Positions 62,476 to 64,000 of a stretch of DNA of 64,000 nucleotides are shown piece after piece (within the stretch, counting starts at the first letter, position 1; each line of letters begins with the position of its first letter). The stretch covers positions 64,001 through 128,000 of the forward strand of contig CAVUXE010000028.1 in NCBI GenBank assembly GCA_963745235.1. Reading direction: 5' to 3'. The position numbers were made by a program, and so were the translations under genes. A model generated the notes under the pieces. That model made no database searches, was not told the origin of the DNA, and saw nothing but the letters and a program-made list of their open reading frames with translations. This DNA comes from an uncultured Spirochaetota bacterium. GTDB lineage: Bacteria; Spirochaetota; Spirochaetia; SZUA-6; Fen-1364.

Positions 62476-63839
62476 CGCTTGAATCGATCAATCCAACCAC
62501 GGGCCAGAGGATCCGGGTTTACACGGGTGCCTCACGCGCCGAAGTCTCTACCAATCTCGCTGCCGCCTCCGCCGCCTCTCTGCGATGGAGCAAAGCAGGC
62601 ATGGCCGAACGCGCGACCTTTATGCGCAATGCCGCGCGGATCCTTCGGGAATCGAAAGAAAAATGGGCGGTGCTCATGGCGGAGGAAATGGGGAAGCCGG
62701 TCGCCCAAGGGGTCGCAGAGGCAGAAAAGTCCGCCTGGGCCTGCGACTATTTCGCCGACAACGGGGAGGCTTTTCTCGCGCCGGTGGAAATAGCGGCGGA
62801 TACACGCAAAAGCTACGTCGCCTTCCAACCGCTTGGCGTCATTCTTGCGGTCATGCCGTGGAACTTTCCGTTCTGGCAGGTCTTCCGCGCGGCTGCACCC
62901 GCGCTCATGGCTGGGAACGCAATGGTCCTCAAGCATGCCTCGAACGTGTGCGGATGCTCGATGGCAATCCAGGCGATATTCGAAGAAGCGGGATTTCCAA
63001 CAGGCGTGTTCAGCAGCTTGCTCCTGGACTCTGGTGAGGTCGCTGCCCTGATCAAAGACCGGCGGATTCAAGCCGTTACGCTGACGGGCAGTACAGAAGC
63101 AGGAAGGTCAGTGGCCCGGACCGCCGGTGAAGCGCTGAAGAAGGTTGTGCTCGAGTTGGGGGGAAGCGACCCCTACCTGATTCTTGAGGACGCCGACCTG
63201 GAGCTGGCAGCAAGCAGCTGCGCGGCAGGCAAGTTGATCAATTCCGGACAGAGCTGTATTGCGGTAAAAAGAATAATCGTCGTGCAGAGCATCAAGACGC
63301 GGTTCGAGGAGCTCCTGCTCCAACGCATGGGGGAATACAAAATAGGCAACCCCCTCGACAGCACCACGCAGATCGGACCGCTTGCAAAAGCCGATATTCG
63401 CGACGCGGTCTCCGTTCAGGTCGAGCGCAGCATCTCCGCGGGCGCGCGATGCATCATGGGCGGAAAGATCCCGAGAACGGCCGGCTTCTTCTACCCTCCG
63501 ACCGTCCTTACTGATGTCCATCGAGGAATGGCGGTTTTCGACCAGGAGGTATTTGGCCCGGTCGCCGCAATCATTCCCGTTGACAACGAGGCCGAGGCTG
63601 TTGACTGCGCCAACGATTCTTCTTATGGCCTGGGCGCGGGCATATTCACACGAGATCTCAAGAGAGGCGAGCGCATCGCCAGAGAAGAGTTGATGGCAGG
63701 CAGTTGCTTCGTGAATGCATATGTTCGCTCGGATCCGCGGCTTCCTTTCGGCGGCATCAGAGAGAGTGGATTCGGACGGGAGCTTTCGTCATTCGGTATC
63801 CGTGAGTTCGTGAACATCAAGACCGTCTACATTCAATAG
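62472..63839 (+). CDS. NAD(P)-dependent succinate-semialdehyde dehydrogenase-like aldehyde dehydrogenase (Sad/GabD1 type)
   Basis: MPWNFPFWQ, LKHAS, LTGS, LELGGSD, GQSCIA, EVFGP, PFGG..SG.GRE. Confidence 0.9.
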   Translation: MTLESINPTTGQRIRVYTGASRAEVSTNLAAASAASLRWSKAGMAERATFMRNAARILRESKEKWAVLMAEEMGKPVAQGVAEAEKSAWACDYFADNGEAFLAPVEIAADTRKSYVAFQPLGVILAVMPWNFPFWQVFRAAAPALMAGNAMVLKHASNVCGCSMAIQAIFEEAGFPTGVFSSLLLDSGEVAALIKDRRIQAVTLTGSTEAGRSVARTAGEALKKVVLELGGSDPYLILEDADLELAASSCAAGKLINSGQSCIAVKRIIVVQSIKTRFEELLLQRMGEYKIGNPLDSTTQIGPLAKADIRDAVSVQVERSISAGARCIMGGKIPRTAGFFYPPTVLTDVHRGMAVFDQEVFGPVAAIIPVDNEAEAVDCANDSSYGLGAGIFTRDLKRGERIAREELMAGSCFVNAYVRSDPRLPFGGIRESGFGRELSSFGIREFVNIKTVYIQ

Positions 63840-63857
63840 TTGCCCCTTAAGGGCAAC
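63839..63857 (+). terminator. Hairpin after the aldehyde dehydrogenase gene
   Basis: GTTGCCC-CTTAA-GGGCAAC; no U-tract. Confidence 0.35.
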
Positions 63858-63921
63858 ACCGACCGTTGTTCGACGGCCCCCCCTCTCGTAAGAACCACAT
63901 ATTTTGGCTCCGGCTTCGCAG

Positions 63922-63992
63922 TTGACAGTTCAAAACAATTAGAATTATGATTCGACCAATAGAATACTCGACCATAATATATCTTTGGTCGA
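63922..63992 (+). promoter_or_regulatory. Promoter and TCGACCA repeat operator for the next gene beyond the window
   Basis: TTGACA, 18 nt, TATGAT; TCGACCA twice, then inverted TGGTCGA. Confidence 0.6.
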
Positions 63993-64000
63993 AATAAGCA

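Overview
GC-rich bacterial window, probably from a free-living spirochaete (inferred from the style of the binding-protein leader peptides, not proven). It is almost entirely accessory carbohydrate catabolism, in these blocks: (1) 1-6 kb, a SorC regulator, a decaying ArsR/MFS/DUF134-NifX/disulfide-oxidoreductase cluster and a type IIIA H+ P-type ATPase; (2) 6-10 kb, a SorC-linked 2-oxoacid/acetoin dehydrogenase E1a/E1b/E2 with no E3; (3) 10-13 kb, a BTAD-TPR activator divergent from a DUF2917 gene, with five helically phased CGT(A/C)ACG heptamers between them; (4) 13.4-36.4 kb, a sugar-acid block (two ribose-type ABC systems, two enolase-superfamily dehydratases, lactonase, SDR, gluconokinase, idonate-type dehydrogenase, three UroD-fold proteins) bracketed by a 223-bp direct repeat from a lipoprotein gene carrying an apparently dead DNase I domain; (5) 38.5-46.3 kb, an ABC/GH/isomerase/PHP operon; (6) 46.4-54.9 kb, lacZ plus ABC transporter next to a two-component system; (7) 55-64 kb, a ROK regulator, DegT aminotransferase, ABC importer, two deacetylases and an aldehyde dehydrogenase. 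About 14 genes or gene segments carry small frameshifts, probably long-read errors, and several of them fall at RCCGGY sites. I saw no tRNA, rRNA, CRISPR array, integrase or transposase.
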